DNA of 48,358 bases. Origin: an uncultured Candidatus Bathyarchaeia archaeon. Its GTDB lineage: Archaea; Thermoproteota; Bathyarchaeia; RBG-16-48-13; JAGMEO01. The position numbers and the translations under genes were made by a program. This document shows positions 37,406 through 46,046 of this stretch, piece after piece. The notes under the pieces were generated by a model. The model worked only from the letters and a program-made list of their open reading frames with translations, made no database searches and was not told the DNA's origin. Each line of letters starts with the position of its first letter. Position 1 is the stretch's first letter. Where the stretch lies: the NCBI GenBank assembly GCA_964551465.1, contig CAZKBR010000002.1:1-48358 (forward strand), written 5' to 3'.

Positions 37406-37843
37406 ATGAAACGTAACGTGACTAATAGTACAAAACGCGGCCTAATACTGGCAGCTGTCGTGGTAATAGCCATAGTCCTAGCATTCTGGGCTGTTACCTT
37501 TGTGCCTATGCCTTTCCCGTTCAATCCCAGAATAGGCCGCAATATTCGCGGTGATATCGAGCTATTCTATATGGTCAAGACAGCAATCTCGACGATAAAT
37601 GCAGTACTTCTGGTTTTCTTGTTAGTCACGTATGTCGAACTCTATCAGAAGATCAAATCAGAATTCACAACAGCATTGATAATATTTTCCACAGTTTTAC
37701 TTCTTCATGCCTTGACTTCTAACCCCTTGCTACCTCCAATCTTTGGATTCCAAGCATTTGGTCTTGGACCGTTTGCCATGCTACCAGACCTCTTTACATG
37801 TGCCGCAATAATAATACTGGTGTACCTTGCCTTCAAATATTGA
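37406..37843 (+). CDS. 4-TM membrane protein co-transcribed with the wHTH regulator
   Basis: 145 aa with four hydrophobic helices. 25-nt gap after the regulator gene, with a GGGTGG SD-like motif before the ATG. Confidence 0.5.
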   Translation: MKRNVTNSTKRGLILAAVVVIAIVLAFWAVTFVPMPFPFNPRIGRNIRGDIELFYMVKTAISTINAVLLVFLLVTYVELYQKIKSEFTTALIIFSTVLLLHALTSNPLLPPIFGFQAFGLGPFAMLPDLFTCAAIIILVYLAFKY

Positions 37844-38080
37844 ATCGCGGGCAGTACCTGTGGTCAAGAATGAAACGACCCTGACGACAAAAAAAACATG
37901 ATTTCAGTAACCACTACTAAAGGGACGTTTTGTATAGCAGTCTAAATCTTTATGTAACGCCTTTTGGTGTTGCTTCAGAAACTATGGGGTCTATGATGGT
38001 CTTCATGTCCTCGATCAAATGCTGAGAAATGGCATTCTTGTCAAAACGGTCAACTGAATATTATATTTAGCCCTCTTCAG

Positions 38081-38800
38081 TTAAGATTGATGGGACTTAA
38101 GTTTTCCGTCATCGAGATAGAGCATTTTCCCTGTTTGTGAGGCTATGTCGCTGTCGTGGGTTACCATTATGACTGTGGTTCCTTGGTCAACGACTAAACC
38201 GCCATACTTAGGTGCTGTAGAAAATGTACATCTGGCTAATATTGTCATGATCTCGTACTTGGTTTTTTTATCTAGGTTTCCTGTGGGTTCATCTGCTAGA
38301 ACCATAGTGGGATTATTTGCTAGTGCGCGTGCAATGGCCACTCTTTGCTGCTCTCCTGCGCTTAACCGATTTGGTCTATGTCTTTCTCGTCCTGACAAAC
38401 CGACTCTGCTTAACAATTCGTGAGCACTTTTTCTTCTTTCATCCCTCGATTTTTTCGTGCCTTCCATGGGAAGTTCCACGTTTTCGATGGCGCTTAGGTA
38501 TGGTAATAGGTTGAAAGTTTGGAAGATAAACCCAATCTTGTTTCTTCTTATTTTACATAGCTCTTTCTCAGGTAATTCTGTGACATCCATTCTGTCAAAG
38601 ATTACTCGTCCACTTGTCGGTTTGTCAAGACATCCCAGGATACTCAGCAACGTCGTCTTGCCAGAGCCCGAAGGCCCAAGAATCGAAATAAACTCTCCTT
38701 TATTGACTTGAAGATTTACTTCAGAGAGTGCTTGAACTCTATCTTTACCCATTGTATAAGTTTTGGACAAGCCCTCGGTCTTTACAAGAATTTCACTCAT
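38081..38800 (-). CDS. MacB/LolD-type ABC transporter ATP-binding protein (system 2)
   Basis: [43 protein letters not shown]. Carries an 11-aa insertion ([11 protein letters not shown]) before the H-loop relative to system 1. Confidence 0.9.
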   Translation of the reverse strand: MSEILVKTEGLSKTYTMGKDRVQALSEVNLQVNKGEFISILGPSGSGKTTLLSILGCLDKPTSGRVIFDRMDVTELPEKELCKIRRNKIGFIFQTFNLLPYLSAIENVELPMEGTKKSRDERRKSAHELLSRVGLSGRERHRPNRLSAGEQQRVAIARALANNPTMVLADEPTGNLDKKTKYEIMTILARCTFSTAPKYGGLVVDQGTTVIMVTHDSDIASQTGKMLYLDDGKLKSHQS

Positions 38801-40103
38801 ACCTCATCGCCTCTGCAGGTCTGGTTCTGGACGCTCTCCAAGCAGGGTATAAGCTACCTAAAGCTCCCAGCAACACTACTGCCCCAAATGCTAGTAATAT
38901 TATTTGTAGATTTGGTGTAACTGTAACAGATTGCGAAAATGCCCCAGGCCCCATACCAAATAGATTGATATGAGGAAGCAAAAGCGATGCTAGGAAGGGT
39001 GCTCCCATGCTTCCTATCACAACGCCAACTACTCCTGCCATTAAACTCAGCAATACTCCTTCAAGCAGAAACTGAACCATAACATTCCCGTTGCTTAAGC
39101 CTATCGCTTTGAGTATGCCAATTTCTTTTGTCCTCTCACGCACAGTATACGTCATTGTGAACAAAACTATTAAGCCAGTAGCAACAATTGCTATGATCAA
39201 CTCTTGAAAGGCGGTGGTTTGCGTCTGGCTGAATGTTGATTCAGCATTCTGTAACATGAATTGATACGATTGCTTCATTCTCTCAAGTTGGCTTAGACGA
39301 TCTGTAGGTGTTGTAATATAGATTAGCGGATATATTGAAGCTATTATACTGGCTATTCTGTCCACATCGGACTCGTCTTCTGCATACACATCTAATCTAC
39401 TTATTTTCCCCTCAAGGTCGGTTATCGTTTGCGCATCATAGATACTCATGTACAATCTAGTATCTGCTGATTCGTAGACTCCTATTACTGTAAAAACGCT
39501 TCCTTTGATATTGACTTCATCGCCTGCTTCTGCTCCGAAATAATTCGTGTTGTTTGAACTCAAGAGAACAACCTCTCTGTCCCCCTCACGTAGGTTTCTT
39601 CCCTCAGCTATGTTCGTTGGCAGTATAGAATAGTTATCAATGAGGGAGGAATTCAGAGGAACACCAACGATCGTGTAATCTGTAACAAAGATAGTGAATT
39701 CCATTCCCATCCGCGTCTCAGTTCGTGAAGTCCCCACGGCGTATTCCAAAAATGGCACAACGTCCTTGACGCCTTGTATGGAAAGAACATCTGAGATCGC
39801 ACTTTCATTCAAGAAATATTCAGTCCTATCGGGCCTTTCAGGCCTAAATTGACCAAATCCGGATGTAGTGCGACATTCTATCAATGTTAATGTTCTGTTG
39901 ATTTCTTCTTCCATATTACCGATTGTTTTATCATAAGATTCCATTAGGCTCGTTGTAGCTGCTTGGTTTGCCATGATGCCCGAGGGAACAGAAATCATGA
40001 TTGCCATAGAGAAGCCTAAGGCAATGACTATCAGCAAAACCCTAATTTTCCTTCTCGAAACACTTCTAAATGCTCTTGTTAAGACACTTGACTGAAACGC
40101 CAT
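38793..40103 (-). CDS. MacB/FtsX-type ABC transporter permease (system 2)
   Basis: LTRAFRSVSRRKIRVLLIVIALGFSMAI N-terminal TM, an extracytoplasmic domain, and an FtsX C-terminus ending [17 protein letters not shown]. Start moved to ATG 40103 because cassette copy C (TATA) lies inside the longer ORF. Confidence 0.8.
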   Translation of the reverse strand: MAFQSSVLTRAFRSVSRRKIRVLLIVIALGFSMAIMISVPSGIMANQAATTSLMESYDKTIGNMEEEINRTLTLIECRTTSGFGQFRPERPDRTEYFLNESAISDVLSIQGVKDVVPFLEYAVGTSRTETRMGMEFTIFVTDYTIVGVPLNSSLIDNYSILPTNIAEGRNLREGDREVVLLSSNNTNYFGAEAGDEVNIKGSVFTVIGVYESADTRLYMSIYDAQTITDLEGKISRLDVYAEDESDVDRIASIIASIYPLIYITTPTDRLSQLERMKQSYQFMLQNAESTFSQTQTTAFQELIIAIVATGLIVLFTMTYTVRERTKEIGILKAIGLSNGNVMVQFLLEGVLLSLMAGVVGVVIGSMGAPFLASLLLPHINLFGMGPGAFSQSVTVTPNLQIILLAFGAVVLLGALGSLYPAWRASRTRPAEAMRYE

Positions 40104-40142
40104 CTTACGATCACTTTTTAACGGTGTAGAAGGGTAGGTGCG

Positions 40143-40200
40143 AACTATAAAAGAGTTTTTCAAAGTTAATTCTAATTCTTATCCTAATCTGACCCATTTA
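40143..40200 (-). promoter_or_regulatory. Promoter/operator cassette copy C (diverged), upstream of ABC system 2
   Basis: Minus-strand reading: TGGGTCAGA....CTTTGAAAA-ACTC-TTTTATAG. The TATA-proximal ~26 nt match copy A closely. The TATA lies ~45 nt upstream of ATG 40103. Confidence 0.45.
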
Positions 40201-40360
40201 CTCGAAAAAATCTACGTAACTCGTGGCAATTTCAGTTAGGGCAAGTGCTTTTTTGGTGATCTGTCAATAACAGCACGATAAGTTATCGCGGTGCCCTCTG
40301 CTTCCTAAAATATGCGAAGTTTTCGACAGACTGTTAAGTGGTGGTGTTCCGCCAGCATCT

Positions 40361-41509
40361 CTACCATACGAGGGTATATTTAGCCCCGTCAGAGTCGAAA
40401 AATACTATTTTTGTCTGGGCTTGTTGGGATTTCAGGATGACGTATCCGTCTGCTCCCTGAGTGAACACTATCCCGTCTTGGGTCATCTCTAAGCCTGTGC
40501 CGTTGACCTGTACGATGCTGATGTTGAAGGGCGGTGCCAAGACCTCGGAGCCGAGAAGAATCTTGTTTATCGTTACATTTGCGACTTGTCCAGGAGGCCC
40601 TGAAGGCTGGGGGTAAGTGAAGTGTATGCGGTAGATCCATTGCTTGTCGGTGGCGTTGTAATCGAGGTATGCAGGAAAACATGCAGGAGGGGGGCCCGGA
40701 GCGTAAGGGATTTGGAGCTTACTACCCCCGCCAGTTGCTGAAATGCCGATGTTGAAGGGGGGACCCGGGTTAGCTTGGACTGGGATTATCAGCATAAGTA
40801 TGAAGGGCGTGAGTGTTAGGAGGGCGATGAAGATTTTCAGGTTTCGTCTCTTCGTCCATTTGAGACCTTTAACCTTTCTCAGAAGACTTGTGGAGGCGGA
40901 GAACAGCGTTGAAGAGAGTGTTAGTCCCTGCGCTATGAAGGGAAGAACGAAGAATAGTACTTCTTCAGTGTCGATGATCGGGAGATAATTCTTGAAGAGC
41001 AGTGCAGAGTCGGTCATGATGAAGAGAGGCTTAGCCATACCGAGGAAGGAAAGTGCACTGACGACTAGTAGGGCGCACTCAAGGATCAGCCTGTGCCTCT
41101 TGCTTAGGAGAAGATAGAGGGCGACGAGTAGAAAGAACCAGATGGGAAGTAGGTACATGAATGCTGCTGGAGGAAAGATGAAAAGGGGTAGGACAGCGAC
41201 GATGGTGCGGGGAGCTAGGATGACCAACATCAACAAGCCGAGGAGGTGTCTGACTCTAAGGAGGCCAGAAGTGAGCCTGTCAGCCTCCTTCCCCAGACCT
41301 ACACCGCAGTAGGGACAGAGCTTAATGTCATCGGGAAAAGTGGAGAGGTCGGAGCCACACTTAGAACATTTACGTTTTGTAACGGGTTGCAGAGGTATTT
41401 CAGCCCGTTGTTTGAGAGAAGCCATGATAAGGAATCCTATGCCGATGAGTATTATGCCCAGCGAGACGAGCATCAGGATTGAGCCTATTCCAACGATGAA
41501 TACAGCCAC
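40361..41509 (-). CDS. Polytopic membrane protein with cytoplasmic zinc ribbon and C-terminal extracellular beta-rich domain
   Basis: CSKCGSDL..x..CPYCG ribbon after the first TM, several further TM helices, a Pro-rich linker, then a sequon-bearing domain (NAT, NVT, NIS, NGT). GTG start, with a TTATATAA box ~55 nt upstream. Confidence 0.5.
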   Translation of the reverse strand: MAVFIVGIGSILMLVSLGIILIGIGFLIMASLKQRAEIPLQPVTKRKCSKCGSDLSTFPDDIKLCPYCGVGLGKEADRLTSGLLRVRHLLGLLMLVILAPRTIVAVLPLFIFPPAAFMYLLPIWFFLLVALYLLLSKRHRLILECALLVVSALSFLGMAKPLFIMTDSALLFKNYLPIIDTEEVLFFVLPFIAQGLTLSSTLFSASTSLLRKVKGLKWTKRRNLKIFIALLTLTPFILMLIIPVQANPGPPFNIGISATGGGSKLQIPYAPGPPPACFPAYLDYNATDKQWIYRIHFTYPQPSGPPGQVANVTINKILLGSEVLAPPFNISIVQVNGTGLEMTQDGIVFTQGADGYVILKSQQAQTKIVFFDSDGAKYTLVW

Positions 41510-41696
41510 CCCGATAATGATGAGAAGGATTCCTAAACGTTTGTTAGACAGGATCCTACCCCCTTATATAAGACTGCAAATCCTGACGTTTTTGCACCCC
41601 AATAATGGGCAAGACCATCTCCTACAAAAATAATCATGAGAAGACTTTTTAAGGTTGTAACCTTAGTGACCTTAAAACCCTATGCTTACATGTCTT

Positions 41697-42956
41697 TCAC
41701 ACGCGGTGTCGTTTTCTTAAGAGATAATAAATTGAGCTGGCAATCATAACGACTGCTGCAACGATCCAAGATGCCTCGGGTAGGGAGAACATCAGAATGA
41801 TGCAGCTGACTATTCCGAGCGAAGGAATCAAAGGATACAATGGGGCCTTGAAGGTTTTCAGTTTCGGGGTCTTCTTCCTGAGTCTTATTGCAGAATAGTT
41901 TAGAACCACATGAGTGGACAGTATTGAAAAGCTTGTTATGGCTGCGGTCTGTTTCAAATCTGAAACAAAGGCTAGGGTAGCCATTAGTGCTCCCATGAAA
42001 AGGATGGAAACATATGGTGTTCCAAATCGTGAGTGGACTTTTGCTATGAAACTTGGAAGCTGCCCGTTTCTTGCCATCGCAAATGAGACTCTGGAGAGAC
42101 CGATGAGGTTGGTCAAGAGAACGCTTGCTGTGGCGATTAGGGCTCCAAAGGAGATAGCTGCTGTTACCGCGAGGTTTCCCGTCGCTCTTGCGGCGTCGGC
42201 AATTGGTGATCCTGATTCTGCAAGGACTCTATAGTCTTGGAGACCGGTTGCGGTGAAGCCCGTCAAGACATATAAAATCATGGAGGTGGTTAACGCAAGT
42301 AAGATCGAGGGTGGCAACGTTCTTTTTGGGTTCCTCACCTCCCCGCCAAGTGCTGCTATCCTTCCGAAACCCAAATACGCGAAGAAGATGAAAGCTGCTC
42401 CTTGAAGAATTCCAAGGAAGCCGTTTGGGGCGAATTGGGAGTAGTTACGCGGACTTATTTGAGAGATTCCGGTTCCAATGAATAGACAGATGATTGCTAT
42501 CTTTGTCAGGACTAAGATGTTGTTGACGGTGGCAGATTTTTTTGTTCCAATGAGGTTCAAAGCCGTTAGTGTCAATGCCGCTGAAACTGCGACAATTCTC
42601 AGCGAAAAGAATGGAAAGATCGCCACGAAGTAGCTTGCGAATCCCAAGCTTATCGCTGCTCCAGCCACGGTTTGTCCGAACAGCCATAGACAACCCACAA
42701 TGAAAGCTAAAAAAGGAGAGATTAACTCGTAGGTAAACTCGTATGCTCCGCCTTCTTTTGGAATTGCTGAACCGAGTTCGGCGAAGCTGAATGCGGTGAA
42801 GGAGGCGACGATGCTCGCGATCACCATGGAAATGATGATCGCTGGCCCAGCATAGCCTACGGCGATGCCTAGGACGACGAAGATTCCTGCACCTATTATT
42901 GCCCCGATTCCAATTGATGTGGCATCGAGAAGATTCAGGGTTCTCTTTAGTTTCAT
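41697..42956 (-). CDS. APC-superfamily amino acid/polyamine permease
   Basis: LLDATSIGIGAIIGAGIFVVLG signature N-terminus and ~12 TM segments. Confidence 0.85.
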   Translation of the reverse strand: MKLKRTLNLLDATSIGIGAIIGAGIFVVLGIAVGYAGPAIIISMVIASIVASFTAFSFAELGSAIPKEGGAYEFTYELISPFLAFIVGCLWLFGQTVAGAAISLGFASYFVAIFPFFSLRIVAVSAALTLTALNLIGTKKSATVNNILVLTKIAIICLFIGTGISQISPRNYSQFAPNGFLGILQGAAFIFFAYLGFGRIAALGGEVRNPKRTLPPSILLALTTSMILYVLTGFTATGLQDYRVLAESGSPIADAARATGNLAVTAAISFGALIATASVLLTNLIGLSRVSFAMARNGQLPSFIAKVHSRFGTPYVSILFMGALMATLAFVSDLKQTAAITSFSILSTHVVLNYSAIRLRKKTPKLKTFKAPLYPLIPSLGIVSCIILMFSLPEASWIVAAVVMIASSIYYLLRKRHRV

Positions 42957-43005
42957 AATCGTTCGCGACCAGCAACTTTTCCTAGGCGAGCATCTTTGTC
43001 TCCTC

Positions 43006-43959
43006 CTAGTGAGATGATAGTCTCTTCAAGAGAGCTTCTGTGATTAGGGGTAGCAGAACGGTGACGTCTCCTTCGAGGGTCACATATTTGGCGTCTTTCT
43101 TCAGTTGCTTCCAGGAGACTGCTTCCCGCATCCTTGCGCCAGATAGACTGCCGTCCCATTCTGCCGCCGTGGTTATGTATGCGGCGTAGTCTAGTCCGTC
43201 TTTGAGGGCGTTCCACCATATGACGTGATGTTTGCTTATCCCGCCGCCTAGTATCAGTGCACCTGATTTTTTGGCACCCCAGACTAGGTCGCTGAGGAGC
43301 TGCTCGTCTTTGAGAACATTTATTTTGAAGTCCTTGTGCTTTTGGTAGAATTCCCATAGATGGTATCCGACTGCGCCGTCTGTGATTCCTGGAATCAATG
43401 TGGGAATCTTGTTCTTCCAAGCCCAGTAGAGAATCGAGTCTGCTTTTCCTATGAACTCTCCGAGCTCCCAAGCGAGTTCGTAGGTTGCGAGTTCCTTGTC
43501 TTGTTTGTAGACTTCGTCTAGAAAGCTTCTCATCTTCTCCTCTATTATCAGGCCGTAACTCTCGTTTGGGACCAAGACATTTCCGAGCCTGCTTATTCCC
43601 TTTTCTCGTAGTTCAGCGTCGTTCATCAGGAAGCTGCCGTGATAGTATTCTTTGAAGCTCCTAGCTAAGTCGTGGTCTAAGGTTCCACAAGTCGTTATGA
43701 CGACGTCGAAGATTCTCCTCTTGACCAGCTCTTTGATCACGCCTCTTGTGCCTGTTGCGATTATGCAGGCTGGAAAAGAGAGGAACTTTAGGCAGCTCTC
43801 TTCTCTCAACATTTTTTCAAGGATGTCTACGGCTACGCCGACCTTCTTCGCAACGAAACCGCCGGACTCGTACATCCTTTTGAGCAGCTCGTCGATCTCT
43901 CTGCTCTCACTGACATCGATGTCTTTTACTGGCTTCATTCCACCGCCTCGAAAACTCAA
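43006..43959 (-). CDS. dys: Deoxyhypusine synthase
   Basis: GGFVAKKVGVAVDIL, ITTCGTLDHDL, ISRLGNVLVPNESY, ILGGGISKHHV. The start may instead be MKPVKDI (ATG 43938). Confidence 0.9.
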   Translation of the reverse strand: MSFRGGGMKPVKDIDVSESREIDELLKRMYESGGFVAKKVGVAVDILEKMLREESCLKFLSFPACIIATGTRGVIKELVKRRIFDVVITTCGTLDHDLARSFKEYYHGSFLMNDAELREKGISRLGNVLVPNESYGLIIEEKMRSFLDEVYKQDKELATYELAWELGEFIGKADSILYWAWKNKIPTLIPGITDGAVGYHLWEFYQKHKDFKINVLKDEQLLSDLVWGAKKSGALILGGGISKHHVIWWNALKDGLDYAAYITTAAEWDGSLSGARMREAVSWKQLKKDAKYVTLEGDVTVLLPLITEALLKRLSSH

Positions 43960-44016
43960 TATATCTAGAATTTCTAGTCTTTAAAAAAGAGAATGCGTTA
44001 GCAGATTGCACGCGCA

Positions 44017-44760
44017 TCAAAATAACAATTCATAACGTATGCCTTCTTTCTCAAGGGCATTAGCAAGTTCTACCTTCTTCTGGATAAAGAAGGTGTTGGT
44101 CATCGCATATTCTAACTTGTACTTTCTGTATACCCAGTTAGCGTAGTGGTAGTTCAATCTGTCGACCAGCACATTGTCCACTTTTCCGCTCAGCTGTGCT
44201 GCTAGCCCTTCGGTCTTCGGGAGTATGGGTCCTATCATCGCGAATGTCTTGACACCAGCGGAATGTAGCTTCTCTAACGCTTCGATCCTTTGTTTGATCG
44301 GTGGTGAATTGGGTTCAAATATCCTTCTGATATCTTCATCGGCTGTGGTGATCGTGAACCCCACCTCGATCTCATCAAATTCTCTTAAAAATTCTAAATC
44401 GCGTAGTACAAGGGGGGACTTTGTCTGGACAGTAACTGGCCAAGCATGCTTCAGTAGAATCTCAAGACAGCCTTTCGTCAGTTCGTATCTTTTCTCAAGG
44501 GGCTGGTAGGGGTCGCATACTCCGCTTATCCAGACCTTTCCAGCCTTTTTCCTTTTTATCTCATTCTCCAGTAGGCTTACCGCGTTGATCTTCACGTCGA
44601 CGAAGCTGCCCCACTGCTCGTTGTGGCCGGTAAACCTCTTCATGAATCGTGCGTAGCAGTAGGTGCATCCGTGCTCACAACCGATGTAAGGGTTGATGGT
44701 GTAGTCGGAGACTTTCGATTTAGATAAGATATTTTTTGCAAAGACTTCCTTCACGATCAT
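44017..44760 (-). CDS. Radical SAM enzyme, SplB/COG1533-like (short form, no HhH tail)
   Basis: GCEHGCTYCYA CxxxCxxC motif. Overall collinear with the N-terminal 250 aa of the 26184..27299 protein. Confidence 0.7.
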   Translation of the reverse strand: MIVKEVFAKNILSKSKVSDYTINPYIGCEHGCTYCYARFMKRFTGHNEQWGSFVDVKINAVSLLENEIKRKKAGKVWISGVCDPYQPLEKRYELTKGCLEILLKHAWPVTVQTKSPLVLRDLEFLREFDEIEVGFTITTADEDIRRIFEPNSPPIKQRIEALEKLHSAGVKTFAMIGPILPKTEGLAAQLSGKVDNVLVDRLNYHYANWVYRKYKLEYAMTNTFFIQKKVELANALEKEGIRYELLF

Positions 44761-45090
44761 AGAAGCATCAACTTCGATCGGTTCTTATTGGGTGTTTGAA
44801 TCTAGGGTTTTCTTTTTTGTTCGGATCTCTTGCTTTCTAGAACGATCGACTTGTGTGGTCTTGTTGTAGAAACAGTTGTTGGAAAAGAAGCATTTATATG
44901 TTGAGAGGCGTGGCGATCGATTGTCTAATTGTATGGAGAGGAAGTGGTTTGTACCGTGAGAAAACTGACCCTATTTGTGGAGAGGCAGGCATGAGGTGTT
45001 CTCTACCCTTGTCCCAAATTTTTTTTCTTGGTGTGGAAAGGCTTTTGAAGAGCCTGTTTTTGAAAAGGGGTTCAGGAATTGAATATTATG

Positions 45091-45170
45091 TTGGATAGGA
45101 TTGGATTTTTTTGGATGGTGTAGGATTGTGTTGGAGGGTGTAGGATTTTGTTGGAAGGGGTTGGATTTCA
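45091..45170 (+). repeat. Four tandem 20-bp repeats = eight T(T/A)GGA pentamers at exact 10-bp phase
   Basis: ttggataggattggattttt / ttggatggtgtaggattgtg / ttggagggtgtaggattttg / ttggaaggggttggatttca. Units 2 and 3 are 18/20 identical. Confidence 0.8.
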
Positions 45171-45498
45171 CGCTAGATTGTGTACGCGTGGCCGCGTCTG
45201 TATTCCAAAGTTCGTAGTTGAATCCTATGGGCTTTGGGTTGGCACAAGGATCCGTGTTCATGCACATTTGATCGAGCGTGCCTCCAAGTACATAAGTTTT
45301 GGAGCAATGGTCAGACGCGGCTTCATCTTCACCATACCGGAACAAGAGCTTGCCGTTCTTAAGGGAAGCCCTCGAGATTTATTGGAGGTCAGGATCACTA
45401 AGGAGGAGATCAAGAAGACCGAGGCCGCATCTTCACAGCCGCTTGGAAAAGTCGAGGTCTTGCCTACAGGAGGCACCTTCTGCAAGAGCTTCGGATAA
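45148..45498 (+). CDS. Putative AbrB/SpoVT-like DNA-binding protein with two swapped-hairpin halves
   Basis: ARLCTRGRVCIPKFVVESYGLWVGTRIRV and RRGFIFTIPEQELAVLKGSPRDLLEVRI both fit the AbrB pattern (kGqi.IPk.....l.l..Gd.l.v). Only TTG start candidates exist (45148, 45151, 45178), and the start overlaps the repeat array. Confidence 0.4.
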   Translation: MLEGVGFHARLCTRGRVCIPKFVVESYGLWVGTRIRVHAHLIERASKYISFGAMVRRGFIFTIPEQELAVLKGSPRDLLEVRITKEEIKKTEAASSQPLGKVEVLPTGGTFCKSFG

Positions 45499-45629
45499 TG
45501 TGTGTATTTTGATTTTTAAGCCCATTGTTTCGTGCCGATTAAAGGTTAATAAGGAATAGTAGGGAGAAGGAGCGTTCTTGAATGAGGGAAAGACTACTTT
45601 CGGCGAGTAGAGAAAAAGGGTGCTGGATG

Positions 45630-46043
45630 TTAGCCGAATAGTTGTTTGATGAGTTTGCGGCAGCTTTCTAGGGCTTTCTTGACCTTGGGAAGGATTTCCT
45701 TGACAGTTGTTTCATATTTTTCTGGAGGGTGTTCGTATGGGTATCTGAATTTTGGTCTTCCTCTAGCTAGGTTATCTGTGACTTCAGCTATCGCTTGGAT
45801 TTGTTTTAGGAACCATGGAGGATGTTTCTCCTCTATTTCTTTCAGAAAGCGGCCTACCGCATGGATTTTTGGATAGTCTATTCCATAGGATATTAGAACG
45901 GCCTTCACCGCGTACTCTGTACATTCCTGAAGATACTTCATGGAGCCAACGTAGTCTTTGTCCTCTGAGCATTTGACGGCGTTCCTGAATTCGCGTTCTG
46001 CGATCTTTATTGCTTTTTCAGCTCTGTCCTTGTTTATAGCCAT
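45630..46043 (-). CDS. HEPN domain protein (toxin partner of the MNT-HEPN module)
   Basis: 137 aa, all-helical. AEREFRNAVKCSEDKDYVGSMKYLQECTEYAVKAVL... plus the C-terminal motif FRYPYEH (R-x4-H). Starts 3 nt after the MNT stop. Confidence 0.75.
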   Translation of the reverse strand: MAINKDRAEKAIKIAEREFRNAVKCSEDKDYVGSMKYLQECTEYAVKAVLISYGIDYPKIHAVGRFLKEIEEKHPPWFLKQIQAIAEVTDNLARGRPKFRYPYEHPPEKYETTVKEILPKVKKALESCRKLIKQLFG

Positions 46044-46046
46044 CTG

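Noticed and set aside
38185-38225. In-frame 33-nt (11-aa, [11 protein letters not shown]) insertion in ABC ATPase 2 before the H-loop, tested as a possible second BHB intron
   Set aside because: The only 4-bp pairing available (GCCA/TGGC) would define a 32-nt excision that breaks the reading frame, and no opposed 3-nt bulges can be drawn. It is most simply a tolerated loop insertion.
42445-43471. Two Arg-rich minus-strand ORFs (176 aa and 172 aa) overlapping the APC permease and deoxyhypusine synthase genes
   Set aside because: They are alternative frames of strongly supported genes. The extreme Arg/His/Ser composition is typical of off-frame translation.
45091-45170. The tandem 20-bp repeats, considered as a CRISPR array
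   Set aside because: The units are directly adjacent with no spacers, are degenerate, and are far shorter than CRISPR repeats. No cas genes are present in the window.
44971-45345. 124-aa minus-strand ORF and 81-aa plus-strand ORF (44853..45098) across the G+T-skewed region
   Set aside because: They are low-complexity translations of the repeat-rich region (Pro/Asn/Gln/Ser strings) with no motif. The minus-strand ORF overlaps the more plausible AbrB-like frame.
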